DNA of 64,000 bases from Azolla caroliniana (GCA_043228905.1 JBHGNT010000006.1:992001-1056000); one strand, 5' to 3'; positions 22,784 through 37,262 are shown, counted from the stretch's first letter. Notes: generated from the letters alone by a model not told the origin. Translations and numbers: made by a program.

Positions 22784-25385
22784 AGTTGGTTTGTCTGCAT
22801 TTTCCTGAGGTATGAGGGGGCTAGATGTGATGCATTAATGAAGAAATTCTTCAATATTTGGAATCAGAAATCCAGGCATTAATGAAAATGTAGCTGGGGC
22901 AACATGATTGATCTGTCATTACCTCATGATTGTATCTTAAGAATTTGATTTTTAGTTTTGGTTTGTGCATTTCCCAACATTGCTGGAATGATTTCTAAAA
23001 CTTTCACTGGCATTTAGAAGTTGTTTTACAAATGGATTTTCCTGTGACGAGCTTTGTGATTTATACTTGCATGGTTTTGTAAGGCAGATGGTTTAATTAT
23101 GAGCAATGCAAGTCAGTAAAGTCCATTCGTAATAGTGTAGTAGTTGATTGTAAGGTTTGGCATTCTGCAGCGTTTGCTCATATCATTTGTGGAAAATACC
23201 ATACCATGAAGCTACATTAGCAATTATATTTATAGTAGCTTATATTATTATTCTTTCATCTACTCGTTTAACTGGTGGACTCAAAAGTCCAGACAACGTG
23301 GTTCCATTAACAAATATAAGAAGAGATCCTCCTTCAATGGTGTTTAATCTATTCTGGATTTGTAGTGGTATTTATCTATTGTTGCATTTTGTTAGCTGTT
23401 TCCATCATTTCATGCTTTGCGAATGTTTGTTTTGAAGATTTGAATCCACATTCTGAAAATGCTGAGACCTCATTGGCGTTTATTGGTGAAACCCTTATAA
23501 TATGAGAGAACCCTAGTTACACTACGCCTTGGTCTAAGTTACTTTTGCTACCCTAGCTAGAGTAAGCGATCACTGTTTGTGGTGCTTTATTTTTGCCCAT
23601 TTTGGTTGACTACATCCATTGCTTATTTAGGATATCATCTCAAAGCATCTCCAATCTTTTTATTGTTGTCAAAAATGTCAAATATAGTCCTTGGCATGCT
23701 CTCTGGCTTGAACCCAAGCAGTGGATTACGTGTGGACAGTTAATACGTTCCTTTCGGAGTAGAAAAAATCATATCATATTGTTAAAAATGTTGTATAGTT
23801 CTCGGCATACTCTTTGGTTTGAATCCAAGCATTGAGTACAACATGTGTGGGCAAAATATAATGTTCCTTTAGGAGAATAGAACAAGAGCAAAAGAGTAGC
23901 GAGCTTCTTTTCCAAACTACACGTGCTTCAACAGTCACACTCATTTGTAGATAAGAAAAAACTTCTATCAGTTGATTTAGTGGGGATATGATTCGTATGC
24001 ATCTCCTATTGTATGTGAACAATTACATATTGGATCTTGCTTTTTAATTGCTGGGTAATTTTGCCATGTTTGTATCACTCAAGCTCAAAAAACATTGAAA
24101 TACTGTGGGGAAGATAGTGAGGGGCACAAAGAGATTAGAAAGATTATTCGTGGTGGATGTAGCAAGTGGTTCTCGAGCTTCACAAAATGGTGTGAAGTAT
24201 CACATGATTTAAGTTAGCAATACGGATGTAATTATCCTCTTGAACTCTTGAAAATGAAAAAAACCTATTGCTGTAAGTTTCATATGGTGCAGAAGAGAAA
24301 CTAGAAATACAGAATCTGAAATAAATAGAGCAATGACTTCTGCAAGTCATGTCGATAATTGCATCTTCTTGAATTAGCTCCATATCTTAACAATAACAAG
24401 CCATCAGCAATCATGATGGAATATTTATGATCATGTTATTTGGTACATTGTTTGCTATTCCTAGCTCCTAAATGGCAACCAAATAAAACTACTCGTTCCA
24501 ATTTCTCAGTGAAATTGAAGCTCTAATCCATTTTATTTTTAACTGAGATTCCAAGATTTCATTAAAAAATACATATATTTAAACCACAACGCACACCCAC
24601 CAAACAAAATCTACAAAACCTAATTTCATCCTGGAAAATGAATACATGATCATTTTGGTATACCATTCTAGAAGATAGATGCATGGTCATTTTTATACAC
24701 CATTCTGGAAGATAGCCACGTGATCATTTTGATATACCAATAGTACATTAGAATTTGTACACCAGTTATTTAGTGGTGCACAAATTTACAGCAGTGTGGA
24801 GAAACATTCTCATTATTTGTACAGGAAAACAATATGGACCAGAATCATCAGATGCTACATCCAATACAAAAAGGTCTTCGTACTAGCATACATTGTTTAT
24901 AACTATGCATAATCTGCAAAACATATACTACAATTTGTCACGATTTAAACAAAACAGCGAATAGCATATGTAGTAAAAGAAACATCACCACTAATTTAGA
25001 GGTCTAGACATCTAACCAAAAACTCGTTTTTAACATCTATTACATCATACATCATTTCCCACAAACCTATCTAACACTCCATTTAATGGTACTGCTGTTG
25101 CGCATTGAAAAAATGTATGTAGCAAAATAAAGTTCCACAACAGAAAAATAAGTTAGTTCAATCACTTCTTTGACTAGCAAGCCAAGAAGAAAGGGATCTC
25201 TGTCTACTAGCTGCTTTTCCTAAATGGCAACTGCTAACCCCCAACTTCATGCACTGAAAAACTGTTTCTTGACATAAACATTGAGCACCCCGGAGAAATA
25301 CAACTCCAGTCACAACAATATGCTCGTTTATGTATGAGCTTCTGCTTGCTAACAAGTTTTCAGATAACTTATTACCATGTACTTT

Positions 25386-28098
25386 TCACTTATCTTTCTC
25401 TTTCTCTGATTGACTGCCAGCATTCAGTTCTGCTGCATATGATACATAAAGTATTCACATCAGAAATGTGAGGGAATATTTACATAAACCTTTTTAAAAT
25501 CTATTTCACAAACCTTCATCATCTATGTCACGGTCTTCAGTATGGTCATGGTCATGGTCGTGATCGTGGTCGTGATCATGGTCGTGGTCATGGTCATCCA
25601 GTCCACCAGGTTGATTGAAGCCCTGAAAATAACAGTTGCATACAGATTCCATCAAAATAAATAAAGAAATACATTTGCATCACCAGTTATAGATTTGACC
25701 TCATGGTGCATGTAGGACACATTACTACATGAACACATCCTAGGCCCCAACCTTAAGCATTGTACAGCTAGGATTGCAACCTCTGATGCATTATATCTGT
25801 GCAATCATACTATATGATTGCAATCTCAATTCAACACTCAGAGCATAATGTAAACATTAGCTAAGATAAACTTACACAAAACAATAGAGATAGCAACTCA
25901 CCGAAAAGTCTCCAAGGTCTCCCATGCCTCCCATGCCTCCAAGGCCACCCATACCCCCAAGGCCACCCATACCCCCAAGGCCACCCATACCTCCAAGGCC
26001 ACCCATACCTCCAAGGCCACCCATACCTCCCATGGATCCAAGGTCAAAGTTGTCAACTGATATTGATGAAAAATAGAAAACAGTTTGGTCATTCTGAGGA
26101 AAAATAGGCACAGATACATATATTGTAAATTTACCAGTGTAGGCTTAGTGAAATCAGAGCAACATTTGAATTTTAAAATAATTGAGAAAGCAACACATAC
26201 TTTAATTTACAAATGTCTTACCATCATTTTTAGCCTCGTCTTCTTCATCTTCATCAACCCATTTATCCCAATCGACCTTGAGGTATGGGGGAGGCTTGCT
26301 TTCCCCTTTCAAAAGCCTCTTCCACCATCCCTTCTCACTCTTTACAAGAACACAGAACACATTTCTCAAGTTTGTGCTAATCTTACTGTCCTGCAAGCAC
26401 CAAAACATTGAATATATTCATGATGCATACAAGATATAATCCATCAATACGTGAATGATTGGCCCATCATGCACAGTTAAATAAGTGGCATTCCTATATG
26501 CTCAGAACTATATCAAGGACAGACGACATCAATTGTAGGAAAACAAATACAATTGAAAAACTTCCTCGAACATTCTGGTGTGCAAAACAACATGTAGCAA
26601 AAAGGTGAATCAGTTATATGTATTGGATGAACAGGTGCTGCAGGCAATGGTAATATTCCTGTATGCAAATACACATATCACTTCAAAAATTAGTAGCAAC
26701 GAGGGAAAGTAAAAGTAGTCATGTATGCTACTGAACAAAAAATATTACCATGTGGTGCAACATGTAACTTTCAAAGAGTATACCAATGTGGCAAAAAAGG
26801 CTAATCAACCTCAAAGGTCCCAAATGAAATAACATGTACCATTTTGAAAATCACATTTGATGCAAGAAAATGTAAATGACACTAGTTATGGCATCAATAT
26901 TAACTACAATACCAGAACATTAGCACATGCAATACCATATGTCATTTAAAAAAGAGCATTACGTGTGGAGATAGCAAAATGCTGCATTTACCTCAACATT
27001 AACCCCCTCGAAAAGGTCAAAATCAAGTTCATAACCAGAAGCCGTGAAGACAAACTTTCCATCGGGTTCAACCTTTACTTTAGGATCTTTCGCATCAGGT
27101 AGAATAACCGTGAGATATACCTTATCAGATCTCTGTGCCCACTTCACTTCAGGATGGCGACTACATTCAATCCAAAAAACAATTTTGCTTATTGTTCAAA
27201 TAAAAAACCAATGTCTGAGAGCATGTGAAACTTGCTATTTTCAAAAACCCATTGTTTTGTTTCGACAGAAAGAAACAAAATAACGTACATCTCTTGCTTA
27301 TAAATAGATAAAATAATCTGGCATGACAAATTTTCCCAGGCTGTACTCAAATTCTGATACCACGTACGTACCCACAAACAAATTCAGAAAGCATATGAAT
27401 GATATTCACAAACTCCAATAAATCCACAACTCTAAATGTGAAAGAAGAGTTCACTTAAAACTCTCATCTTCTTTTGGGCTTCTGGAAAGAGAGAGAATGT
27501 ACACTTGCAACCTTCAGATGTTCGTACGGTCAACAGAAACACATCATAATTAGTTTCAAATTTTACTATACTATGTAAGAGTATAAAGCATACGGCCAAC
27601 ATAAACATGTCATAATCAATTTCAAATTTTACTATATTATGTAAGAGTATGACGCCTAACTACTTAAATTAGGAAAAACCAGCTTACTATATGGCAAATA
27701 AATATCACTTGAAGGTGCTCTAACCTTAACCTGACCATTCACAAGCACAACATAAAATGCACCTGAAGTTGCTCACACCAATCGCTCGTTTTTCACGGAA
27801 AGAACATGAAGACGTACGCATTTTCTTGTTTAATAGTTTATACATATAGCGATCAGAAAGCGTTCAGTAGAGGTACATAACAGTCCGAACAGTATCGGAA
27901 CAAAGGAATGAATACAAAACAAATACTACCAGGAGAAACTCGAGCGGGAGGGGAAGGAAAGAGATCAAGGATAAAAAAGAAAACCCTAAGAAACACATCC
28001 GAATCTCAAAGTAAACTAAATGACAGAAAGAAAGTCACACAATTCAGCGAAAACAGATAGAACTGATGAGATGAGAAGACCAGAGTGGCGTACCTCAT
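25386..28098 (-). CDS. p23: p23 (HSP90 co-chaperone, CS domain, SBA1/PTGES3 family). Exons 28098-28094, 27160-26992, 26390-26222, 26056-25902, 25622-25514, 25432-25386
   Basis: Spliced translation: [20 protein letters not shown]...GWWKRLLK...[15 protein letters not shown], then GGMGGL repeats, a (DH)9 tract and ...EKEKDK*. All introns are GT-AG with matching phases. Confidence 0.93.
25915..26035 (-). repeat. 18-nt coding tandem repeat (GGMGGL) in p23 exon 4
   Basis: Repeated GGAGGTATGGGTGGCCTT on the minus strand. Gly/Met-rich tails are known in plant p23-1. Confidence 0.9.
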
Positions 28099-28289
28099 GT
28101 CTGCTCTGTTTCGCAGGAGTAGAGAAAATCTCCGGTGTGCTTCTCGTCTCGTTTCTTTTATGCTCTTTGCCTGTTCCTGCTGCGAGAAAGAGAGACAGAG
28201 AGACAGAGAGAAGCGGAGAGAAGTAGAGTTGAAGGCAGACAGACGAGACGGAAAGGAGCTATCGGATGCTTCTAGAAGAAGAAACCTTG

Positions 28290-28392
28290 TGGGGGGGGGG
28301 GGGGGGGGGGGGGGCGCTGTTCATACTCTTAGGGCCATGATCGGTTTCACACTTGAGATACTCTTCGGGCCATGATCGGTTTCACACTTGAG
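28290..28392. repeat. Poly-G tract plus a 35-bp tandem duplication upstream of p23
   Basis: G run at about 28290-28314. ATACTCTT(A/C)GGGCCATGATCGGTTTCACACTTGAG occurs at 28323-28357 and 28358-28392. Confidence 0.85.
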
Positions 28393-29590
28393 GGGAAAGG
28401 ACAGGACCATGGGCCCTTTGGAGAAGCCATCGGATTGTCATTTGGGGTCACCTGCTGGGCCTCCCTACGATGCTCCCGACTCCCTACCTTCCCTCGTGTC
28501 ATATGTTCATACCAAGAAAGAGACAAAGACAAAGATAGAGATTTCCGATATTTTTGTTCATTCAGCCAGCATTTGCCTCACTACACGGTTGACATGTTAA
28601 ACTCGTTGTTTAGGAACAAACCCGAGCTTGTATAGTTGTTAGAGTGACATTTCGTTGCTTCTACATAAGAGCTACGACGATCATCCTTGGGCTCAAGCAT
28701 CTTCAATTCCTTTGTTGGAGTGAGTGAGACTAAGCAGACAATCCTAGTCTAGTGGGTTATTAGTAAATGTGTTATCGAGAAGGTCGGCATGGGTTCTCAA
28801 TCGAGCATCAATCATGTCATCTAGCGAGTTGTTAAACACACAAATGAGTAGTAGTTGTCAAATGGTCCATGTTGCATTGAGCAAGTAATTTGCCTAACAC
28901 ATCCATGCCACATCAAACAAAGCAATTTGTTCAGTGGGTCCATGTTGTGTCAAGAAAATGGAACATCAAGTGGATATGTGTTGTGTTCATTGATGTTGTT
29001 TCAATCAAGTACTCAATGAGTTACCATGTGATCATTGGCTCATTGAACCCACCTTTCATGTTTGTGGTCTAACGGTATAGTTGGTGAGGTAATGTTTGTT
29101 TCAAAACATTTATCTTCTTCTTCCGAATGGGCAATTTTGTAGTAGTACAGACATTACGCCCACAAGTTCATCTTCTATTATATCCATCCCACTTCATTCC
29201 ACATTTTGTTGTCGATTTTTTGTGGTTTGCGTGCCATCAACTACTCTTTTTATTTTGCCTCAACCATCATTTTGAGTGGGGGTAGCGCATTTGGCAAAGA
29301 ATCTTCCTTGATTGTGACTGTTGTCTAAAAGGAAATAGAACAATTGGCTCAATTTTCTTTACTTATAGCATCAATTTAGGGTTACAAAACGATGAAATGG
29401 GAGTCGCTCGGTCTCTTTTGATTATGGAGGTTCTAAGGGAGCCGAATCATTGCAAAAGGTTGCCAAGATAGATATTGCACCATCTTGTACTTATTGACCT
29501 TCATATTGACGAGAGAATCATATAGGCTTTTAACGTTGACTGTGTAATTATTAATGGACATGCCCCATTGTTTCAAATGTCATTGAGCTC

Positions 29591-29758
29591 TGTCGAATAC
29601 AAGTGTATAATGGACATATTCACACTATCCCTTTGGGCCATTTGTGTAATTAGCATAAAGGGTAGTTGCCCTAAGTCGGTCTCTATATATAGTGACCTTG
29701 TACCCTTTTTGTAAGGTTGGGTGTTGTATTATTGCTTTGTTGAATAAGAAAGTCTTTT

Positions 29759-29795
<37 letters not shown>

Positions 29796-32700
29796 CAACG
29801 ACCTACAATCTGTCATACGCAGGTATACTCAACAGCAATCGAATGCTCCTTGATCTTCCGCACTGACGGCCCCTTGTCTCCCAACATCTGGTATCAGAGC
29901 CTGCACAGTAGTCGGTCCTTCAATCCGCTGTCGGCCGTCGTCTCAGCCTGCACAGCATTCGGTTTCCTGCGTCATTCGAAGAAGAGAGAAGAAGAAGAGA
30001 AACGAGGCTTGCATCTCATCGCGTTAGATCATCTTCGCTTGGAGTAAGCCAGCCGGTTGTACTCTGTTCCTTGTGATCGTAACCGCTCGAGGTGAAATCC
30101 CCTTGTGCAACATTGACACGATCGTGCTCCACTCGGTTAAACAGCATCCGAAAAGGTCATTAAACGTTGCTCGCCGCTCGTTGTAACCACTTGGTGCAGA
30201 TCGGTCTCAAGACAACAACCCCAATTCGCGCTTCATCCGGCTGATCGACATTCGGGAGGATCAGTTGGATCTGTCTCTCTCGTCGCTGCAGCCACCCGAA
30301 GCAGAATCGGTCCAGATAATCGGTTTCAATAATCGGTATTCGGCATATATATATCTGAAGCGAACCGGGCTCACTCCGACTCGGCAACATTCGGGAAGAC
30401 CAGTCGGTTCTGTCCCTCAAGCTACCGGAGTCAATTCGAGCAAGTTCCGAAGCCGAACCGACTCGGGTTCAAATCCGACTAGAACGATATCGGGTGAGCC
30501 AACCGGCTGCACTCCAACAAGGTTCGTAGTCAACTCCGAACCGAGCTTCGTCAACCGAAACCAAATTTGATGGCATCAACATCCGGCTCGTCAGAAATGA
30601 GTCTACGAAAGTTCGATGGATCGAACTTCAACTTTTGGAAGGAACAAATGCAGGACTATCTCATAGTCAAGGGGCAAATCGATCCCATCGAAAATGAAGA
30701 ACCTCCAGAAGGATACAAACCAATTGAGTGGCAGAAGCTGGACAGAATCGTCCGCGCCACGATTCGGATGCACCTATCGGAATCGGTATACTTTACGGTG
30801 CAATCGTGTACGACAACATTCGAACTGTGGAAAACACTGTCGGACACTTACGAAAAGAAGGTCGCCGCAACGAAGATGTTTTTGATCCGGCGCCTCTACG
30901 ACTTGCGGATGAAAGAATCCGATTCGGTTCAAGCACACCTCAATGAGTACGAAAGCATAAGCTCCCAAATCTCGTCATAGGGGACGGCAATCGAGGATGA
31001 ACTCAGAGCAATGATACTCATGAGTAGCCTTCCCTCATCATGGGAAACTTTCGTCACAACCGTGTGCAACGCGTCAACCACGGCTGTTAAGTACTCCGAA
31101 GTCACGAGCGCAATCCTGACCGAAGCAGCTCGGAGAAAGTCTTTCGCCAAAGACTCAACAGACGACGCTTATGTAGTACAAGGTTCGACAGACCGATCGA
31201 ACATACGAGGAAGAGATTCCTCACGACCGCCGAACAATCAACGAAGACGGAGCCAGTCACGGGATAACCGAATCTGCAACTATTGCAAGAAACCCGGACA
31301 CATCAAAGCCGACTGCCGCGCACTCAAGAACAAGAACAACAAGAAGAGTGGCCGGCATGAGGAGATCAATTACGTCAGCTTCTCAGCTGATGTGCTACCA
31401 GACGACCCGAATATACTATCAATCGAAAATCCAGTCGGATCAGAAGTCCTACTCACGACTGAAGAGTCGAGCACATGGCTCTTAGATTCGGGCGCGTCAT
31501 TTCACGTGACTCCTCATCGATCCCAATTTCGGCAATATACGATCCGTCACTCCGACTCAGTTCGGGTCGGCAACTCGCAACGCTGTGACATCATTGGAAT
31601 CGGCACAGTAGAGCTCAACCTTGCAGGTGGCTCTACACTTGTACTCCACAATGTCCGACATGTACCCGAGCTCTCAAGGCCATTGATCTCAGTCGGACAA
31701 CTAGATGAAGACGGCATTCGTGCCGGTTTTTCTTCGGGAGGGTGGACACTCCACAGGGGGAACCTCCTGCTTGCTAGAGGACCCAAGATACACTCACTGT
31801 ATCCGTTACATGTTACGCTCAGAGAGGGTAACCTGTTTTTGGTGGATATTCCTGTGTCATCACTATGGCACAGAAGATTAGGACACCTCAGCAAGGCCGG
31901 CATTACGCATCTATCTAGAGCCGGATACATCCCTAAACTCTCCTTCTCCGACCATCAATTCTGCGAGCATTGCCAGTATGGCAAACAAGCAGCCGCATCA
32001 CACCCGACATCAGCACCAAGAGAAACGAGACCTCTCGATTTGGTCCACTCGGACGTCTGTGGCCCAATGCCGCATCAGTCTCTCGGCGGTGCCTCTTACT
32101 TCGTCACTTTTATTGACGATTCGACTCGAAAGGTGTGGGCTTATCCGATTCGCACCAAAGATCGGGTCTTCTCGATCTTCTCAGATTGGCTCGCTATGGT
32201 AGAAAATCAAACCGACCGAAAACTGAAATGCTTTCGGACCGACAATGGGGGAGAGTTCAAATCCGATGAATTCGTCAAATTCTGCCGACAACGCGGCATC
32301 CGACGTGAATTTACGGCACCACACAGTCCGGAGCAAAACGGGATTGCAGAACGAATGAATCGGACAATCCAAGAAAGGATAGTTTCCATGCTCCAACACT
32401 CCGGACTGTCGGATGGCTTCTGGGCAGAGGCTCTACTCACGGCAGTACACATAATCAATATGTCGCCAAGTAGACCTCTAGGACTTCAAATTCCTCAGGA
32501 ACTATGGATCGGCAGTAAGCCGAATTACGACAAGCTGAGGATCTTCGGATGCGAGGCGTACGCCCTTATTCCGAAAGATGATCGCCGAAAACTTGCACCT
32601 CGGTCCAGGAAATGCATTTTCCTTGGATATGGATCGGACGGCGAAATGGGATACCGACTCTGGGATCCCGAACGCAGACAAATCGTCCGAAGTTCGGACG

Positions 32701-35058
32701 TTGTGTTCAACGAGTCGGCTATGAATCCATCAGTCGAAAAACCGATCGAAGTCCGACGGGTAACATTTTCCGATGTGCCGACCCTTCAAGAAGGCCCCGC
32801 TCTCAACACACGGTCAGCTTCACGGGTAGCTGAACCTTACACTACCGACTCGGACAACTCCGACTCGGCACAACAGAACAATCCGCTTTCGGACCATCCG
32901 ACCACGATACCCGATGCGACCAGTCCAATCATACCTCGACGATCCGAGAGACTGTCGCAACCTCCGGAGAGGTACTCTCCTGGAATTTTCTTCACCGACG
33001 CCGGCGAACCGACGTCTTACGAAGAAGCATCGACATCTGTCGATTCAGCCACCTGGCATCTGGCGATGGAGTCGGAAATGCACTCCATTCGGGCAAACAA
33101 GACTTGGGATCTGGTCGAATTACCTAAGAACCGACGTGCTCTTCCTTGCAAGTGGGTTTATCGACTAAAAGAGACGTCTGATTCGACCACCCCAAAGTAC
33201 AAGGCCAGATTAGTTGCGAAGGGCTTCCGACAAGAATATGGCGTCGACTTCGACGAGATTTTTTCACCAGTGGTGAAAATGACAACCCTTCGTTTTCTAC
33301 TCGGCGTAGTGGCAGCCGACAACTTGGAGCTGATTCAGCTAGATGTCAAAACAGCCTTCCTCCATGGTGATCTCGAGGAGGAAATTTATATGGAGCAGCC
33401 AAAAGGCTTCGTTGCTACTGGCCAAGAACATCTAGTCTGCCGACTCAGGAAGAGTCTATACGGCCTCAAACAGGCACCACGACAATGGTACAAGAAGTTC
33501 GACGACTTCATCCAATCGATCGGCTTCTCCAAAAGCGATGAGGACCATTGTCTCTTCACCAACACAGCTCAAGATGGATCACCCATCTTCCTCATCATTT
33601 ACGTGGACGACATGCTAATTTCTGGACGCCACGCGGGCGAACTTGCCGATCTCATTCGGCAACTGCGGTTGAAGTTTGCCATGAAGGACCTCGGTCCGGC
33701 ACGACACATACTCGGCATGAAGATTAGTCGGCATCGCGATAAACAACATCTTTTTTTGTCTCAGACCGACTATATCCGACGTGTCTTGGAACGCTTCAAC
33801 ATGCAATCAGCCAAATCTGCTTCAACCCCGCTCCCAATGAATCTTCGGCTCTCTCAGCGAGACTGCCCGACATCCGGCCCGGAGGGGGAAGATATGAAGT
33901 CGGTACCGTATGCACCGGCAGTCGGCTCCCTTATGTACCTGATGGTCGCGACACGGCCTGATATTTCTCATGCCGTAGGAGTCGTTAGCAGATTTATGCA
34001 CAATCCTGGCCGATCGCATTGGAACGCAGTCAAGCATGTGTTCAGATATCTGGCTGGCACAAAAGACCATGGCATTCTTTTCGGTCCGAACCGAACCTCA
34101 GGCGTAGTCGGTTACACCGACTCGGACTTCGCCGGCTGTACAGACAGTCGGAAATCAACAACCGGATACTGCTTTAAATTCGGCAATGGAGCAATCTCGT
34201 GGAAGTCGAAACTTCAGGAGTGCACAGCGACCTCAACGACCGAAGCAGAATATGTAGCTGCGTCCGACGCAGCAAAAGAAGCTTTGTGGCTCGGTCGGCT
34301 GGCGCACACGTTTCGACAAGTCGACCATGACTCGGCTCCAGTTGTCTACAGCGACAGTCAAGGTGTTGTTGCCTTGTCGAAAAATCCGGTTCACCACAAC
34401 GCCTCCAAACATATCGACGTTCGATATCACTTCGTTCGGGACTGCGTCATTTCAGGGAAAATCGGTCTAGAGAAAATATCCACAACCGACAATGTCGCAG
34501 ATGGAATGACCAAGTGTCTTTCGGCAGACCGCTTTCGGTTTCTTCGGCATCAGATGGGCGTAACGACAAACCAGTCCGGTTAGAGCTGGACACAGAGCAG
34601 GATGGTTCCCGACAACCGACATCAGTTCCTTAATGATCGGCTTCAACTGTTCCGACCCGACCAGTTCGGTCTTCTGCCTTCGGACCCTGCCGACTCGAAC
34701 AAAGCTGATATGTCCGAGAACCTAAGTCTATACCTGTAATCTTAGATAACCCATGTATACGCCCATTACGGGGGAGTGTCGAATACAAGTGTATAATGGA
34801 CATATTCACACTATCCCTTTGGGCCATTTGTGTAATTAGCATAAAGGGTAGTTGCCCTAAGTCGGTCTCTATATATAGTGACCTTGTAACCTTTTTGTAA
34901 GGTTGGGTGTTGTATTATTGCTTTGTTGAATAAGAAAGTCTTTTGTCTCTCTCTCTCTCTCTCTGTACAACGACCTACAATCTGTCATACGCAGGTATAC
35001 TCAACAGCAATCGAATGCTCCTTGATCTTCCGCACTGACGGCCCCTTGTCTCCCAACA
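29591..35058 (+). mobile_element. Full-length Ty1/Copia (LTRs 29591-29886 and 34777-35058, TSD AGCTC)
   Basis: TG...CA LTRs differ by one substitution and (CT)n length. PBS TGGTATCAGAGC at 29889, PPT ACGGGGGAG before 34777, and AGCTC on both flanks. Confidence 0.97.
30570..34583 (+). pseudogene. Copia gag-pol with one premature stop (TAG 30978-30980)
   Basis: Colinear with the intact copy at 54819-58850, which has CAG at this codon. Contains zinc knuckle, DSGAS protease, integrase, RT (YVDD) and RNase H. Confidence 0.93.
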
Positions 35059-37262
35059 AGCTCTTGTTTATGGCAATAACTTGCACTTGTTAGTGTGAAC
35101 ACCTTGGTCATGAATCAAGTTACTAAATTCTATATCATATGACTTGCCCAATACTTCCAACTTGGATAATTGATGTTGCCTCGTTGAGCATGTTCTCCTA
35201 ATGAACTTCCATGTAGCCCCAATAGTCTCCTCTGGTAGGTAGTAAGTGATTCCTAGAATACCAAGTGTTCATCGAGCTTCACTTGGGAGTCATAAACTTC
35301 TCATTTGTATATTTCATGTTTGTAGGGATTACTTGTTTAACTTTTCTTTTTTGACTTCTTTCAAGTTTCAACCTTAATTCTTCATGAATGGTCAACTATA
35401 GATGTTTCAAACCTCTTCCATGCACATGCTCTATAGACACTCTATGATATCAATGATCAACGACATCAACATCTATGAGCCAATTCTTCAATGAATAACA
35501 TATGAGAACAAATGGACTATGTTTCAGATGCTCAACCCTCATGTGATTATGTTATGTAATGAACAAAAAAGTAAAGCTATGTGCAACATAATAGATAAAC
35601 ATATGTGTGCATGTGTGTTGCACGTATGTGTTTGTGAGAGTGAAACAACATTTGGAATAGATCAAGAAATATATGTGTGTGTGTTATGCGCAAAACCTCA
35701 ATCTCTTGAAATCAATAATTCTTTGATAGGGCACATTCTTGTTGTGAACAACATGAATGGCATGACATATGTGTTGGAACTCTAACAACTTTGGAAAAAC
35801 CCATCCCATTCAATTTTGTGATGCTCCTTTATTTGTCAAATCATCTAGCACTCATGTTCTTATCAGGGGGATTGGGTGGTGAGGCTCAAGCATGACACTT
35901 GTGTTGAGAAAGTTGATTGCGACCCTTGTATAATCAAAGTCAAGTAAGAATTCTATTATAGAATCAATCCACCTATAAGCAATGTTCTCTTGAGAGCCAA
36001 GACAATGTAATCTTCGTTGTTCACAATTAAGGTTATATAGAATCAAGCTACATACATATTGCACACTATCAACGAGGTTTTATATGAGCATGTTAGAGTT
36101 TGTATTTTGAAAGGGGTTTCCTAGCATATTATATCAATAATATACATAATATCCCTAGTTTCATGTAAAAGAATGTTGAAAATGATAAAGTTTAGCTAAA
36201 ACTAATATTGCATATGCAACACAAAATGTAGTCTTAAAATTATGTTGATCTGACTCAAATAATCTTGAATTATTACTTGCCTTTCTTAGAAAATATACGT
36301 CTAAAGTACATCAAATTGTCTACATATTTACTTATTGGCCTACTCTAGCCAAAGTATAAATGATTGTTATAGATATCAAATAGTCTCATGCAATCTTTAT
36401 ATTAAGGTTAACTCATTCATGATCATCATTTACTAATTAAACAAAGCCAGGTTCTTCTATGGATTCATTTAGACATGACTGACTCCTGTTAATAAGATGT
36501 ACAAGATGTTTCCTCACTATTTTGATCAAATGCCTAACAACTCCTACTCGTTTGATTACTTTCTAAGATGGACACCATTAATTCCTAGTTCCCCTTATTG
36601 AGACGATCTAGTGTCTTTCGGATACGTTTTATCTTAAAAGGGAGTTTCTTCATCCATTTAAGCAATCCATCAAACTTTTTGCTCATTCCTTACTAGGGTA
36701 ATTCCCCCTTTTAAAGCACGTGGATTTTGATGTGAGAAAATAACAAGTCTTTATAATAACTGGAACAAGTTTTAGTATAACTTAAAAGTTTAAACCATTG
36801 AAGGTCTTCAAGTGATATCGACTCAACAAAGATATACCATCATGTTAACAAACAACACAATGTTTCCTTCCACACCTTATGAACCTCTTCTATAATCAAT
36901 AACAATATTTGTGATCCAGTTCCGATAAGCACCAAACGACCGCGTTTGTTTTGACGGGCCATTGAGATAATGCCACCATATCAACGTAAAAGACCACAAA
37001 TGCGTCCTACGAAGCCTTTATACCACATCATTCTACGATGGATCAATGAGACCATTCTAGTGAGAAGTACATATGTAGATAGAAGACAGTAAGTAGGAAC
37101 CATTCCCCCCTTTCCTCCAAAATGTATCTATCGTATTAAGTAAGTAGCCAAGGGAAGGGGGGGGGGGGGGGGGACTGACTGACTGACTTACTGTGCATAA
37201 AAAGCTCTGTTCTCTTCATGTAGACGATACTGTATAGTCAAGTTTTTTCCTTTTCCCATCCC

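Noticed and set aside
24645-24740. Short duplications (about 37 bp here, also about 27545-27650 and about 52560-52760)
   Set aside because: Ordinary diverged local duplications with no sign of function.
31547-34430. Antisense and alternate-frame ORFs within the Copia elements (also 44171-48087 and 55913-63972)
   Set aside because: Shadow ORFs of GC-rich gag-pol sequence with no independent motifs.
28440-35790. Possible decayed minus-strand LTR element hosting the 29591 Copia (ends ...CTCTAACA near 35787)
   Set aside because: No readable protein motif, PBS or LTR pair to support it.
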